The notes under the pieces were generated by a model. That model saw nothing but the letters and a program-made list of their open reading frames with translations, was not told the DNA's origin and ran no database searches. This document shows positions 1 to 12,265 of a stretch of 64,000 nt of DNA, piece after piece (the first letter of the stretch is position 1; each line of letters opens with the position of its first letter). Source of the DNA: Psilocybe cubensis (Eukaryota); assembly GCA_017499595.2 (NCBI GenBank), contig CM039008.1, forward strand, positions 992,001 through 1,056,000, in the 5' to 3' direction. The translations under genes were made by a program, and so were the position numbers.

Positions 1-556
1 AGAGCGCTTGTATTGCAAGTCATTTTTACACAATCTGAGTTAGCACTCAGGAAGTGACTAGGACAAAAGGCCACCAGTGTGAGTCCGCAAGTTCTTCTCT
101 GAGGAAAAAGCTTTCATTCCATTTTTATTAAAGCCAAGAGGGCATCTATGACCAAGAAGATTGCAGTTTCAATTATTGTTTGCCAAATGGGCACCTGTAA
201 CCAAAAGGGTTACAGTTTTGATTATTAAGACTTTGAGAATCTACTCCTATACCTATTAAGGAAGAATCCCATCTCTAAACAAGACTGTTTATACTAAGAA
301 ACTTGAAGAATGAGTGTATGCACACAACTTTGATAAGTGCTTTTACTTGCACCTGTGAATTAGAAGTGAAACAATCTCTTTGCAATTGCAAGGGTGTGCA
401 ACACTGTGCATACTATCCACCCATCACATATATTTAAAGCCTATACTGTTCCGGGAAGAATAATAATAGCTTTGCTTTCCTCCCAGTGACAAACACAAAT
501 GTTGCAATCTATTGTTTTGGGAATTGTACCATCACTCCAAACAAAACATTTTACCA
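1..556. repeat. Dispersed decayed repeat, inverted copy of ~37810-38360
   Basis: The reverse complement aligns by eye throughout, e.g. GCTTGTATTGCAAGTCATTT near 6 vs AAATGACTTGCAATACAAGC near 38339. Differences are mostly transitions. Confidence 0.85.
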
Positions 557-557
557 G

Positions 558-750
558 AACTAGCTTAATTCAATATCCAGCTGGCTTAATAAGCACATAT
601 GACCAGGCACAGAAATTTTGGCCAATGCTAGCGCATTAAATAGGACAAAAGCTGGCAGAAAGGTGGGAATAAAAAGACTTGTCCCTCTCTTTGGTTGGGC
701 CTCATAACTAGTTAGTAATTGCTCCTGATAAGATGTCATCAGACATACCT
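558..750. repeat. Dispersed repeat, direct copy of ~35514-35710
   Basis: GGCTTAATAAGC..GACCAGG..GAAATTTT..GGACAAAAGCTGGCAGAAAG is shared. The minus-strand ORFs 560..757 and 35496..35783 have near-identical C-termini. Confidence 0.8.
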
Positions 751-827
751 TTATCAAAGTTCACAGGCATAAAAGTGCTTTATGCCAGCAAACACACTAT
801 TGCCATTCATTAATTGTGTTATCATAG

Positions 828-941
828 TTGAGGATGTTCACAAACTCAAGGTTGGGTGTGATTTTGACTGCACCAGCTCATTGAGGATATTCACAAACTT
901 GAGGTTGTTCTGCTTTGGGTGTGATTTTGACTGCACCAGCT
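828..941. repeat. Two-copy tandem duplication (~52-61 bp)
   Basis: TTGAGGAT.TTCACAAACT...GGGTGTGATTTTGACTGCACCAGCT occurs twice. Confidence 0.8.
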
Positions 942-3769
942 TATCTTCAGTCCCGCACTAAACATTGTAGGCATTATTTCTAAAAACATCCAAAAAAATA
1001 AAGAATTTTAACTCTTCTCAAATAAAATAAAACAGAGAAAAAATCTTGCACCAAAAGTAAGAACTCTATTTCAACTGCTGCCTCTCACATCATGCATAAA
1101 ATGTGGCCTGCCCAACTATGATGCAGACCAAATATCTTGTTCCACATATACTCCTGGGTATAATTGTTGCTGAGCAGAGTAGGATAATATGGCAGATGAT
1201 CATATATGTAGATAAGCTGGTGTGGTAGTGAATGCTTTTTGTTTTTAAATATTCTGGTGGAATGACAATATTGTCTACTAGATGTATAGAACAGACAGAG
1301 TATGTTGTGTTGAGTAGGGCAGTTGGAGTGAAGGCCATGGTAGTCAACATGAGATAAAGATGCTTTGATTTCCAGGGCAGCAACAATATTAACGGTAGAC
1401 ACACAGGGTTGGCTGCAAAGAAATTTGACAATATTGGCACAGAGTGTTGTATTGAGGTTGTAGCAGCATGACAAAGCTACTATGAGTGGATTGAACTGGA
1501 AAAAGAAAGACATAGGTCATATATAGCATAAGCACAAGCATGTATACATGTGCAGGTATCAAAGCAAGCAATGCAAGGTGCTGTGTGATGAAGTGGTATG
1601 TGAGTGTTGTTATGCCTGGGTTTGGAGGTTAGGGGGTGGAGTGGTTATTGTAGGTGTGGAGGGGTTTGTGAACATGGTTATTGTTGTAGGTGTGGGGTGT
1701 TGGAGGAGTACAAGTGCAAATTTGAGGGAGTAATATAATGACCATGTCTATTTGGCATAGGTGTGTGCAAGAGCAATGTCAGAGATGCCCAAAGCTGTTG
1801 GCAACTGTGCATGCAACTGTCCATGCATGCTCACATGCCTTGATTTATGTCTATATCTGTATTCATATCAATGCAAATGGCCCCCACCCATTGTAAATGC
1901 CAAAGCAGACAATACTGACACTGATAAGGAAAAAAAAAACCAAAGTATTAGCAATAGAAGAAGATGGAATTCTATACCTGCATTCTTTACACCTACACCT
2001 CTATTCTTATCCTTTTGTGTATATAACCAACATAGTGGTAGGTGCGCTATTGCAGTGGGGGTGGACTTTAGCGGGTTGCAATAGGCTTTGGCTGCAGTTG
2101 CATTGGCAAGTTGGTGTGAAAGCCATTGGAGGCTATGGTGCTGGTGTGAAAGCCATTGGAGGCTATTGCTAGCCTTTTTTTTCCATTTGTGCACAAAGGC
2201 AATATGGTGGCATAATACATATAAAAGACATAGAAGGTGTCTGCTCCTTTTGGGCTCTCAACAACATACTCTTATTCAACCTTAGAGCAACTATAGATGC
2301 TTTAATAGACACAACAGCAATACTTTCCCTCCTCTTATGCCTAGAAAGGCCCTCAAACATATTTGCCTTCACTTAATTATTCCCCATTGACCTCTGCCTT
2401 GTCACCAGAGGCAATAAAGGCTGCCCAGCCTCTGCCTGTCACCGGAGGCAGCAAGGACACTGTCTTTGTCATCTACAGCACAATTGTCAGCGTAGCCGTA
2501 GACATGACATGAATTGTACTCATGAGCTTATGCTCAGACACATTTGCAAATGTCTCTGCCTATCTTTCCTTTAACACCGGTGCACTATAGCTGGGGACAA
2601 TGTGCCAGATACATATGAGCTTGTACTACCACCATAAGGGTGCTACAATCAATCCTTGAAAAATGTCAGTAAATTATAGGAATAAAAGGAAAAAATAGAC
2701 TTGTAGAGTGGGCCAAAGATGTTGAGCATCTATAAATAGTAGCAGCAAAGATTATGGGTAGCAGAGTCAGTTATAGCAACATATAGATACAAGCAGTAAA
2801 TGCGAGTTCTGTAAAACTATCAGCACAGAAACTAGATAGGGTTGAGAAAGACATATGTACAAAATATGCTCTTCTAGAAAAGAAAGAGAGTTAATAAGTA
2901 GGGGAAAAGGCTTCATAGAAAGAATGATTGTGGTTGTTGTAGACAGAGGTAAGGTGGAAGCAAGAGGGTACCACAATTTGGATTGGCAATATTGGATTGG
3001 CAGGCTTGGTCTTCCATGAGCTCTTAAAAAAATTCCTAGTCAAATTTTTTTTTTGAACTTTTTTTGGGTTTTGATGACTTTACAAAGAACTTGTATCAAT
3101 ATACTTGTTGCAATAGGCTAATGCAAAGCGTGGCATAACAAGACTTTACATCTCACAATTGTATAAAATATTTTTAATCTAGATTTATATAACATAGTTA
3201 ATATATTAATATGTTCTAAATGCACAGCTGGATACTGGGCAAGGTTATGATTAACTTACTATGACTTAGGTCTACTATAAGCTCAGTTGTATCAGACACA
3301 AAAAAGAGCTGCACAGGTTATAAGGCCTAATTGTAAGGAAGGACTTGTCTATTATAATCTGCATATCTGCTAAATATTCAAAAGCTCCAAATCTGCTGGG
3401 AGAATCTCATAGGGGAAACTGATATAGGAAAATGCTTATGTGTATGGCTACCCAAGTAGGGAAATATTTCCTATAAATATTTTCTTATTTTTGAAAAGTG
3501 CATCAAGAATGAAACAAAATTTGTTGGTAGAAACATTTGTTTGATGCATGGATTGCTTTTTGGCCTATCTTAATATTGCTGTGAATACAATTGGCTGTGC
3601 AGAAACATATTTCAAGCATAATTTGCAACTGCTAGTGCATTATTTCTTCCCCAAAATATAGTCAATGTATAAATTACATGCATATAAGTACATTTTGTCT
3701 ACTAAACAAACCATTTAATGTGCAGAAAACATTATTTGAAATGACTGTCTCTTGACCAAAGTGGCTAGT

Positions 3770-4148
3770 GCTCAATGCAAAGTAAGTGTAGTGACCGTGG
3801 GAATATCCTGCGCACACTGTATGCAGAATATTCCCACAACCTGCTTATTAATTCATGGTCAGTACGAACAGCACAACAAGTTTAATATGACAAGATTATC
3901 TGAAGTAGCATTGAAAATAATTACTATTGCCAAAGATACTTGCACTTTACCTAAAACATATGCAATGCATCTCAGTAATGTATCAGGAATTACCAGAGAA
4001 GTTCAAGTTGCTCAATACAAAGTATAGTACCGTGGGAATATCCTGCATACACTATATGCAGGATATTTCCATGACCTGCTTATTAATTCATAGCCAGTAC
4101 AAACACCACAATAAGTCTAATATGACAAGTTATCTGAAGTGGCATTAA
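3770..4148. repeat. Two-copy direct repeat (~145 bp, period ~240 bp), each copy with a long hairpin
   Basis: GTGGGAATATCCTGC..GCAG(A/G)ATATT(C/T)CCA at 3797-3837 and 4032-4072. The downstream CCTGCTTATTAATTCAT..TATCTGAAGT is also repeated. Confidence 0.8.
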
Positions 4149-6175
4149 TGATACCTAGATACATAATGTTTATTATTTTTTATTCTATTCCTCTGCAGTC
4201 TGATAGTCATTTATGCTAACTTCATTTGGTAACAACAGAGCATTCTATTCACCTCTACTTGCTATTAGAGGTGTAGAAAGCATGCAAAATACTTGGTATG
4301 GAATTAATTATGACTAATTAATGGGCTCAAATCAATTGAATGAGGTCATTATTATAGAATTTTTGGTCTTGATCAATAACTATCTGCTTCAAAATGTTTA
4401 ATTTGTGACTAAAAAGTCATGATGTAATGATATCTAATTTTGTTTTCTACCACATGACAGCCAACCTATCTACCTAGCTAATATCCAGGATTTTAATTTC
4501 CATATTCCCTTGGTAGGAATAAGAAATAACAGAAATTCTATGAAAGTAACCGGTTATTGAGTCAAGCATACCGATTAAGTAAAAACCGGTATTAATCACG
4601 CAATTTTGATGGCATCAATGATTTACTGATTGGGACAATTGGCAAGGACATTTTTTTGTACAGTGGGTTGTGGGAATAAAAAAACTCACTTTACTTACGT
4701 AAAGTCTTGTAATTAGTATCAATTAAGCCTTTTAATATGCAGATAAATTAATATATGCCTCAATATTACCTCAATAGAATTATATTACAGGTAAGTAGGT
4801 ATCAATTGATCAAAATAGGACAGGACATTTTGCTTGGAAAGTAGCAGGCTATGATGACATCATTCTAAATTTAGTCTAAGATTTTTGCAAAGTCCTCAAT
4901 AAATACTATTCACTTTACATTGGCTTTTATCTATTTCTATTGCTTAATTGTACTAACAAAAAGTATACTATGCAAGCTATTTCTGATCCTACAAAGATAT
5001 ACAATCAGAAAATTTGAAGTAGCTGAAGTATACTTTTATTCAGATTCCCATAAAATGGTTTACTTATCTGAAAACCCTAAAGTTCCACCATTGGTGTATT
5101 GATATGATGGAGTCCCATAAAGGGAAATAGTATTGTAATGCTTGCAAAGTAACAAAAAGTCAACAAAAGAGGAGAAGGTAGTAGAAAGTTGGTGGAAAGT
5201 ATATAGAAAGGAGTTGGTAAAAACAACTTAGGGGGAGTGGGGTAATTACAAATGATCAACCAAATGTAAAACATAATCAACTGCATCCAAATATGGAAAG
5301 ACATCATGTGTACCATACGGCGGCTCTTCCTACTATAACTTTTAAAAAAAATTGACCCAATATCATTTTTTATAATCTTGGTACCCCTTGGGTGGAAATT
5401 AATCTGCATTTGCTTATATTTGCAAATTCCAACCCTTCTAATTCCATTTCAACACTGCCAATAGTAACACGGATAAGCAAGTAATATAGGTAAATATTGA
5501 ATGTAGCATAATATTATTCAAGAATAAGCATGAGATTGAGATTGAGCTGAAGGCAAAAAAGTGATGACATCATTGATTTGTAAGCATAACACAGCCTTCT
5601 GTAAATGACTAGAATCTGTTTGCACATATCATTTTGTTCCAAAAAATTGTAGTGCTATAGAGTATACCGGAGCAGATCCCAAAAAAGTTAAATAATTTGT
5701 TTAGAATGATTTTTGTATGAGATCTTGACCAAAATAAATAAAAGCTATAACAACACTATTTATCAAGAAAATTTAAACCAAACAATAGCTATAAAGCAAG
5801 CTATTATTACTTTACTGTCCATAATCTTTTATTAATAAAATTTGTAGTTAAGAACAAATGGATAACTATATCATAAGTTGTAAATAGGGACCAGACCTAG
5901 GGACTTGCAGATATTGTTGCAGAAATAAGTCCTTTCAAACTCTTTTAATGTAGTAAGACCTCCATTTCTTATATAAAATTGATGGTTTATAGAAAAACTA
6001 CAATAGAGTTCAGTCTTATATAATATTATTATGCAATATGTTTTCATTACATAGGTTTAATATATTGTATTTACAATATACAGTAATCTACAAAGAATAT
6101 ATAATCAAGGCCCATGCAACATATGGCAGTACTTACAATATGCCTGTAGACTTAATAGTCTGTGCACGAAATAAA

Positions 6176-6248
6176 TGGCCTGGTTGAGGATTGAACCATC
6201 AACCTTAGCCAAAAATAGATAGTACTTAAACCAGTAAACCACAAGACT
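6176..6248 (-). pseudogene. Degenerate tRNA-like sequence
   Basis: The minus strand has box A-like TGGTTTACTGG, box B-like GGTTCAATCC and a 3' CCAGGCCA end over ~72 nt. The anticodon arm is unreadable. Confidence 0.45.
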
Positions 6249-6433
6249 TTACAAAATAATATAGACTATAGTGTAAATGTGGATTGGGTTGTGGGGTTTT
6301 ATGGTATGAGATTGGATGGAATAGAAAGGGCGGAATGACCACAATACTAATGTCAATATTAAAAAGCACAATACAGAGTCAAAACAATGGATGCAATAGT
6401 GGATATTAACATACAACTCTCTATCTATTTATA

Positions 6434-6505
6434 GGTTATGTAGCTCAGTGGTAAAGTATTAGCATATATGTTTAGGAGTCATTGGTTCAATTCTAGTCCT
6501 AACCA
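6434..6505 (+). pseudogene. Degenerate tRNA-like sequence
   Basis: GGTTATG/CCTAACC acceptor stem, TAGCTCAGTGGTA D-arm/box A and GGTTCAATTC T-loop/box B over 72 nt. The anticodon loop is non-canonical. Confidence 0.6.
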
Positions 6506-6899
6506 TATCTTTTCTGTTGTTATCTAATTAACTAATTCTAATAGTAGATGAGTTAAAAAGAGTTAAATAGAGGTATAGTGTATTGTTGGACTTGGTAGAT
6601 GCTTACTATTCATAGTCAACTAGTTGGAGGGAGTAGGATGCCCTATTGATGATTTTTACTCAATATCAAATTGTGCATTAGCAACGTAGTACCAGTAGTA
6701 TCTATAGATTATTATTATACTATTTGTTAGAATTATAGAAAACTACAAAAGCTACATATATGACTAAGAAATCTACAGGGTCTACTGACTTTAGGTGGGA
6801 AGCTACGGGAGCAATAAAATAGGGGGGCAGTCAACAAGACTACCCAGTCTATTATACAACTATAGCACTACTGAGTTTTTTCTTTTTCTGCTGATGAAG

Positions 6900-7930
6900 A
6901 ATTTAATAGAAAGTATATTAAAAAACTTACAAATGATAGTTATAGTCAAAAATTGCCAAGAATCCATCATCTTGAATAAAGCCTTTAGGAAGAGTAAATA
7001 AAGTCTATATTTGAAAAGTTATAAAGCATTATCTGGGAAGTTTAGAGTGGTTTTTTGGTAATTGGTTTGCTCATAAATGAAGTGGCCGAAAGTTGACAAT
7101 GTATCTAGTGCAAATATATTATCAAAGTTTGTGAGATGTTTGCCTTTTACTAAAGTTTAGCCAATAGTTGTATTCCATGTAGTCTCAAAAAAGTGTATAA
7201 TAAAGGTTTCAGCCATAGAGATTTCTTAATAAATATTAGACAAATACTTATAGCAATATATAAAAAGACATTTACTTACTAAAAATCATGGTTTCCTTAT
7301 TTTTGGCCATCTTTCAAAGAAAAATCAAGAGCAAATGCAGATATTTCAAACATTCTTTGGGCATTGACTAATACTGCAAAATTATGAGTGCACTTTTTTT
7401 CTTTCTAAGCATCTAGAAAATCAAAGTACTTTACAACATTTGACTAACCAGAGTCTAATGACTAGTCATAATATAAGAATATATAATAGAAAGAAAGTAA
7501 TTTTGACTTACCAAATGGATTTTAACATTTTAATCAACTGCTATAGCTTCATAAAAAATGTTTATCAATCTTTTATTGGCTTTTCTACTACCGTCAGGTA
7601 TATAAGCAGCCAATTCTTTACCTTCATATCTGAAATTTTCATAACATATACTATAAGTCTTGTATTCTTCCTTAATAGTTTCTAAATTATTTTTTTCAAG
7701 TGCTATTAAATATAGGGTAAGTATATAGTATATTTTTAAGAAAAAGTAACTTGACTTTTTTTAAAAGATTCTATTTACCATCTGGAGTACATTTATGTGA
7801 TATGAACTTCTTGAGTATGCCAGCTTTGTTTGCTTTGATATATATTAGCCTATATCTATGAATAGTGCTGAAAACAAAGGTATATCCAGAAAAAGCATGT
7901 TTAAAGGTTGAGACCAACATATTCTTTGTC
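6900..7930 (-). pseudogene. Alpha-kinase-like relic of the agaricomycete transposon-associated type
   Basis: Manual translation gives FSGYTFVFSTIHRYR..KFISHKCTPDGK, VVKYF..KMAKNK, LSTFGHFIYEQT (cf. alpha-kinase AFxHFxYExS), GFIQDDGFLAI (cf. GDxGxxGI) and a decayed C-terminal ICK. There are many stops and GTAAGT donors. Confidence 0.5.
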
Positions 7931-8586
7931 AAGGCAATACTATAATTAGTATGACAAGACTACCAATAAAGATCAAGCAAGAAAGAGAGAGAGCAAAGGG
8001 AGAGTATAAGAGCAGAGAAAGAACGAGAGAGTGAGAGAGATTCAATGATTTTAAGAGATCACACCAATAATAGTGGATATCCTAAGAAATTGAAGCTGAG
8101 GCTACAGCTATCTACAAGTCTAGTATTTATACTCTACAGCTATTCTAAAATATTCCCTATATTACATTATAAAGGAAGATTAAAAAATAAAAGCGACATT
8201 ATATGGAAAAAGAATGAGTAAGACTAGGAATAATATAGAATTTACTAGAAAAAAGTAGAGCAATGAGGCTATAATGAAAGAAATAAACTATCTAATCAGA
8301 TAATTGATAAGATAATGAAAGGATAAGATAACTCTATAAAGATAAAGAAGAAAAACTGGAGAAACCCTGACATCCTTTTTGTATATAGGAACAAGTATTT
8401 TGGGACCTTCAGCAAGATCACAGACATATTTAAGTGAACTAGGAAAAACCTTTTTTTTTAATGTTGTATACATATGCTTTGAAGAAGGTTTTTAGGACTC
8501 AGTAAGTGATGATATATAGCCTTTAACCATAAGCAGCTTTGATTTTAAATTATAGCACTCCTGGTCTAAAATCCTAACATCACATA

Positions 8587-8983
8587 CAGTGGGCAAAAAA
8601 ACCATTTGAGTGTTGGTCACATATAAAAAGATTAATTTATAACTTTGAAATTAAAAATGTTAAAAATATAAGATTATTCACAGATATACTATATGGTGTT
8701 AGCTAAAGAATGACACACTGATTATGTGATTTGTCCAAGAATTGACCAAACAGCAGCATACACAATTTGCTAAGTCATTCGAATAGTTTTTTTGCTAGTA
8801 ATTTAAATGCTATAAACTATGTATTATCACATGACTTTGTTGATATACCAAACAACTATCAATAAAATCATGTGACTATATGTTGAATAGGTATATAATA
8901 GCTACAACCAACCTCTTTATCCCCCCAATCAAGCATGAAACCTTTCTCTAAAGCAACCATTGCTACTATTGTCTCTCTTCTTA
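8587..8983 (+). mobile_element. Truncated 5' end of a Tc1 element (TIR, promoter region and first ~16 codons)
   Basis: TA|CAGTGGGCAAAAAAACC start. It is the reverse complement of 10181-10577, encodes MKPFSKATIATIVSLL, and is cut at a TA. Confidence 0.92.
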
Positions 8984-10577
8984 CAGTGGGCAAAAAAACC
9001 GTTCAAGTGTTGGTCACATATGAAAAGATTAATTTATAACTTTGAAATTAAAAATGTTAAAAATATGAGATTATTCACAGGTATACTAGAGGGTATTAGC
9101 TAAAGGATGGCACACTGATCATGTGATTTTTCCAAGAATTGACCAAACAGGAGCATATACAGTTTGCTAAGTCATTCGAACAGTTTTTTTGCTAAACACT
9201 TGAGTATCAATAAATCATATCTACTAGTACTTTGTATGTCCACCCTTGGTCTTAATCACTGCTGCACACCTTCTAGGCATGCTAGCAATCAAATTCCTTG
9301 GGTATTCCATTCCATTCCTTCTCAACCCTCTCCCAAAGTTCATAGATACCCTTTGGTGGGACTTTATGTTCATTAAGTCTTCTTTTGAGGTATTCCCATA
9401 GATGTTCAATGGGGTTGAGATCTGGAGATTGTGCAGGCCATATGAGGACCCTAAAATTCTGCTCTTCAAACCATTTCTTGGCCAATTTTGAGGTGTGCTT
9501 GGGGTCATTGTCTTGCTGAAAGTGGATATCTTCTATCTGTTGACCATACCACTCCAAGGATTTTAGGAGCTCATCACCTAGGATCTCAGTGTATAACTGA
9601 GAATCCATCTTCCCATCAATTCTAGTGGCAAATCCAATTCCTTCCCATCCCATACAACCCCACATCATCAAGTTTCCTCCTCCAAACTTCACAGTTTGCT
9701 TGATCCTCCTGGGGTCCTGTCTGTTTTCCTTGTCTATCCACACCTGATCTCTGCCATCTGAACCCAATCTGTTGATTTTGGTCTCATCTGACCATCAGAC
9801 CCTTGTCCAGTCATCCACAGTCCACTCCAAGTGCCTTTCTGCAAACTCCAATCTAGCCCTCCTATGCTTTTTTGATAACAAAGGCTTCTTTTGTTTTGCC
9901 ACTGAGACCATGCCAGTTGATTTGAGTGCATTCCTAACTGTTTGAGGACTGATATTCTGGCCATTAATAGTAGCCAGAGACTTGGCAGCTTGCACAGCAT
10001 TCTTGATTTGTCTAGTTTGAATTCTACGCTTGGTATAGGTGATATTGGCACCAGTCAGCTTCTTTGGGCGTCCTCCATGGGAAACCACTGCCTCAGGACA
10101 GTAGTCTTGGCAAATCTTGGTGATAGAACCAGCACTAGCTCCAGTCTGGGCCTTGATAGAGGCATAGGAGTGACCAGAAGTAAGAAGAGAGACAATAGTA
10201 GCAATGGTTGCTTTAGAGAGAGGTTTCATGCTTGATTGGGGGGATAAAGAGGTTGGTTGTAGCTATTATATACCTATTCAACATGTAGTCACATGATTTT
10301 ATTGATAGTTGTTTGGTATATCAACAAAGTCATGTGATAATACATAGTTTATAGCATTTAAATTACTAGCAAAAAAACTGTTTGAATGACTTAGCAAATT
10401 GTGTATGCTGCTGTTTGGTCAATTCTTGGACAAATCACATGATCAGTGTGTCATCCTTTAGCTAACACCATATAGTATATCTGTGAATAATCTCATATTT
10501 TTAACATTTTTAATTTCAAAGTTATAAATTAATCTTTTCATACGTGACCAACACTCAAACGGTTTTTTTGCCCACTG
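8984..10577 (-). mobile_element. Full-length Tc1/mariner DNA transposon (Tc1, DD34E) with ~210-bp TIRs
   Basis: Ends TA|CAGTGGGC...GCCCACTG|TA, TIRs at ~8984-9194 and ~10367-10577, transposase inside. Confidence 0.96.
9224..10229 (-). pseudogene. Tc1 transposase with one in-frame stop (9795) and a C-terminal frameshift (~9297)
   Basis: GGRPKKL, WSDETKIN, TVKFGGGNLMMWGC, FQQDNDPKH, WPAQSPDLNPIEHLW (34 residues between D and E) and terminal KGGHTKY. Confidence 0.95.
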
Positions 10578-10649
10578 TAAGGGGGGAGAGGTGGTGGTAG
10601 GAGAGGTAGAAGAGGTAGAGGAAGAGGGAGAGGTGGTGGTGGTGGGAGA

Positions 10650-10770
10650 GGAGGAAGAAGAAGAGAAAGAGGAAGAGGAAGAGGAAGAGGAAGAGGAAGA
10701 GGAAGAGGAAGAGGAAGAGGAAGAGGAAGAGGAAGAGGAAGAGGAAGAGGAAGAGGAAGAGGAAGAGGAG
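10650..10770. repeat. (GAGGAA)n microsatellite
   Basis: A near-perfect hexamer run that produces the poly-E and poly-S ORFs. Confidence 0.95.
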
Positions 10771-11266
10771 GTGAAGGACCCTTTAGTTGTATATAAAAAA
10801 AAAAGGATTTTCTTCAAGAATTACACAAGGTCAGATTGATGCTTTGTTAACATGTACTTTAAACTGCTGATGTCCATGCTATGTATGAGAAGGCGGAAAA
10901 GGAGGAAGATGGAAAGACTATAACTGGTAATATTTGCAAGATCTGCCAGTCAGTTTTTTTATTTTGTGAGTAATGAATGAGTACTCATACATATCTTTTT
11001 AGAAGCAGGAAAGTTCCATTAGGTGCTTGCTTTATGACAGGCAGCAATAGTTCATTATGCAAGCATATTTCTTGGTTAGTTATTCTTTTTATATCTTTTC
11101 TCTAATTTAATGCTAATCTATGGATAGAAATTGGGAAACTCATGGAAAGAAGTACCTCAATGGGTGTAAAAAACTTAATATGGACCCTAATCCTATATAT
11201 TTGCCCAATTCAGCTAAATCAGATATAATAGCACATCTTTAAGGCCACTTGACATGTATGTGACAT

Positions 11267-12041
11267 TGAAGTATTGTGCGGTTTTGTAAGACTGGTAAAC
11301 CAATCTTTCTTACTCACACAGACCTTGTTCTTCACCAAATATATATTTGTAGAGGTATTAGAGAAGCTTTGTAGTTTGTTTAGAAGTTGTGCTACACTTG
11401 CCGCCCTAGGATCTCAATGTACTGAGTCAACTTATCAAGGTGTTCACAATAGTCCAAGTGACTCTCAAATTAACAAGACCCGACAGATTGTGCAAACAAC
11501 TCAATCAACCAAAATGCAATGATTCAATCTTTATTACACGACTTCAACTAACTCGCCAAAAATGGGTACAAACCCAAAACTACTGCCTGTTCTATACAAC
11601 GGGGGTTGCTTGCCTTTCCTCTCGCTGTTCCTCTCCCTTTTATCCTCTGACGCTTGGTCCATGCATATTGAGCTTGGTGCTGTTCTGATCCGTTTTTCCA
11701 TATGTGTTGAGCGGAACAGTTGAATTTTTATCCTTCACGCTGGGTGAGCTTTTCTCTTTTGTTTCACTCACGGTTATGCTTCCTAGCTTGCGCTCATGGC
11801 CGCGTTTCTTGGTTTACTGGTTGGTTTGAACTGGGTGACAGTCCCTTGCACCCCGAGTATAGCACCCTGGTCTGTCATCCTCCGTCTTACCGCCGCGTTC
11901 GAGTTTTATTTTGTGGCTTATATATACTTTGACACGTGCTTGTGCATGCCTCGTCACCTGACTTAGTCAAGGCTCGGCCCGTGTTCTAATTTTAGCTCTT
12001 GTTCGTGTTTTTCCAGGCTCATGCAACAGCGCTTCTCACCA
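11267..12041 (-). repeat. Gypsy 3' LTR
   Basis: Direct repeat of 20350-21120, preceded on the minus strand by a G-run PPT (12042-12049). Confidence 0.95.
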
Positions 12042-12265
12042 TCCCCCCCAACTAATAAAGCTTTGGTCCTGTTTCCCCGTTTTCATGTCTTATTCACCTC
12101 CCCCCTCGTCCGTTGTCTGAGACATATGGGGAGTGATCAAACCCATTCCTTTGGAGTAGGTGAGTTTGACTTGTGCATCCGCCTGTAGAGACTTTTTCAA
12201 CTCCTGTCTGCCTCAATGGTTTAAAGGTGAGTTCTGCTCCTTTTCTGTCCCTGCTTCTGGTTATC

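Noticed and set aside
6176-6505. Functional tRNA genes
   Set aside because: The stems are mismatched and no valid anticodon loop is present; kept only as tRNA-like relics.
10458-10839. Poly-Ser and poly-Glu ORFs as genes
   Set aside because: They are explained by the (GAGGAA)n microsatellite. The poly-E stretch could at most be part of the hAT N-terminus.
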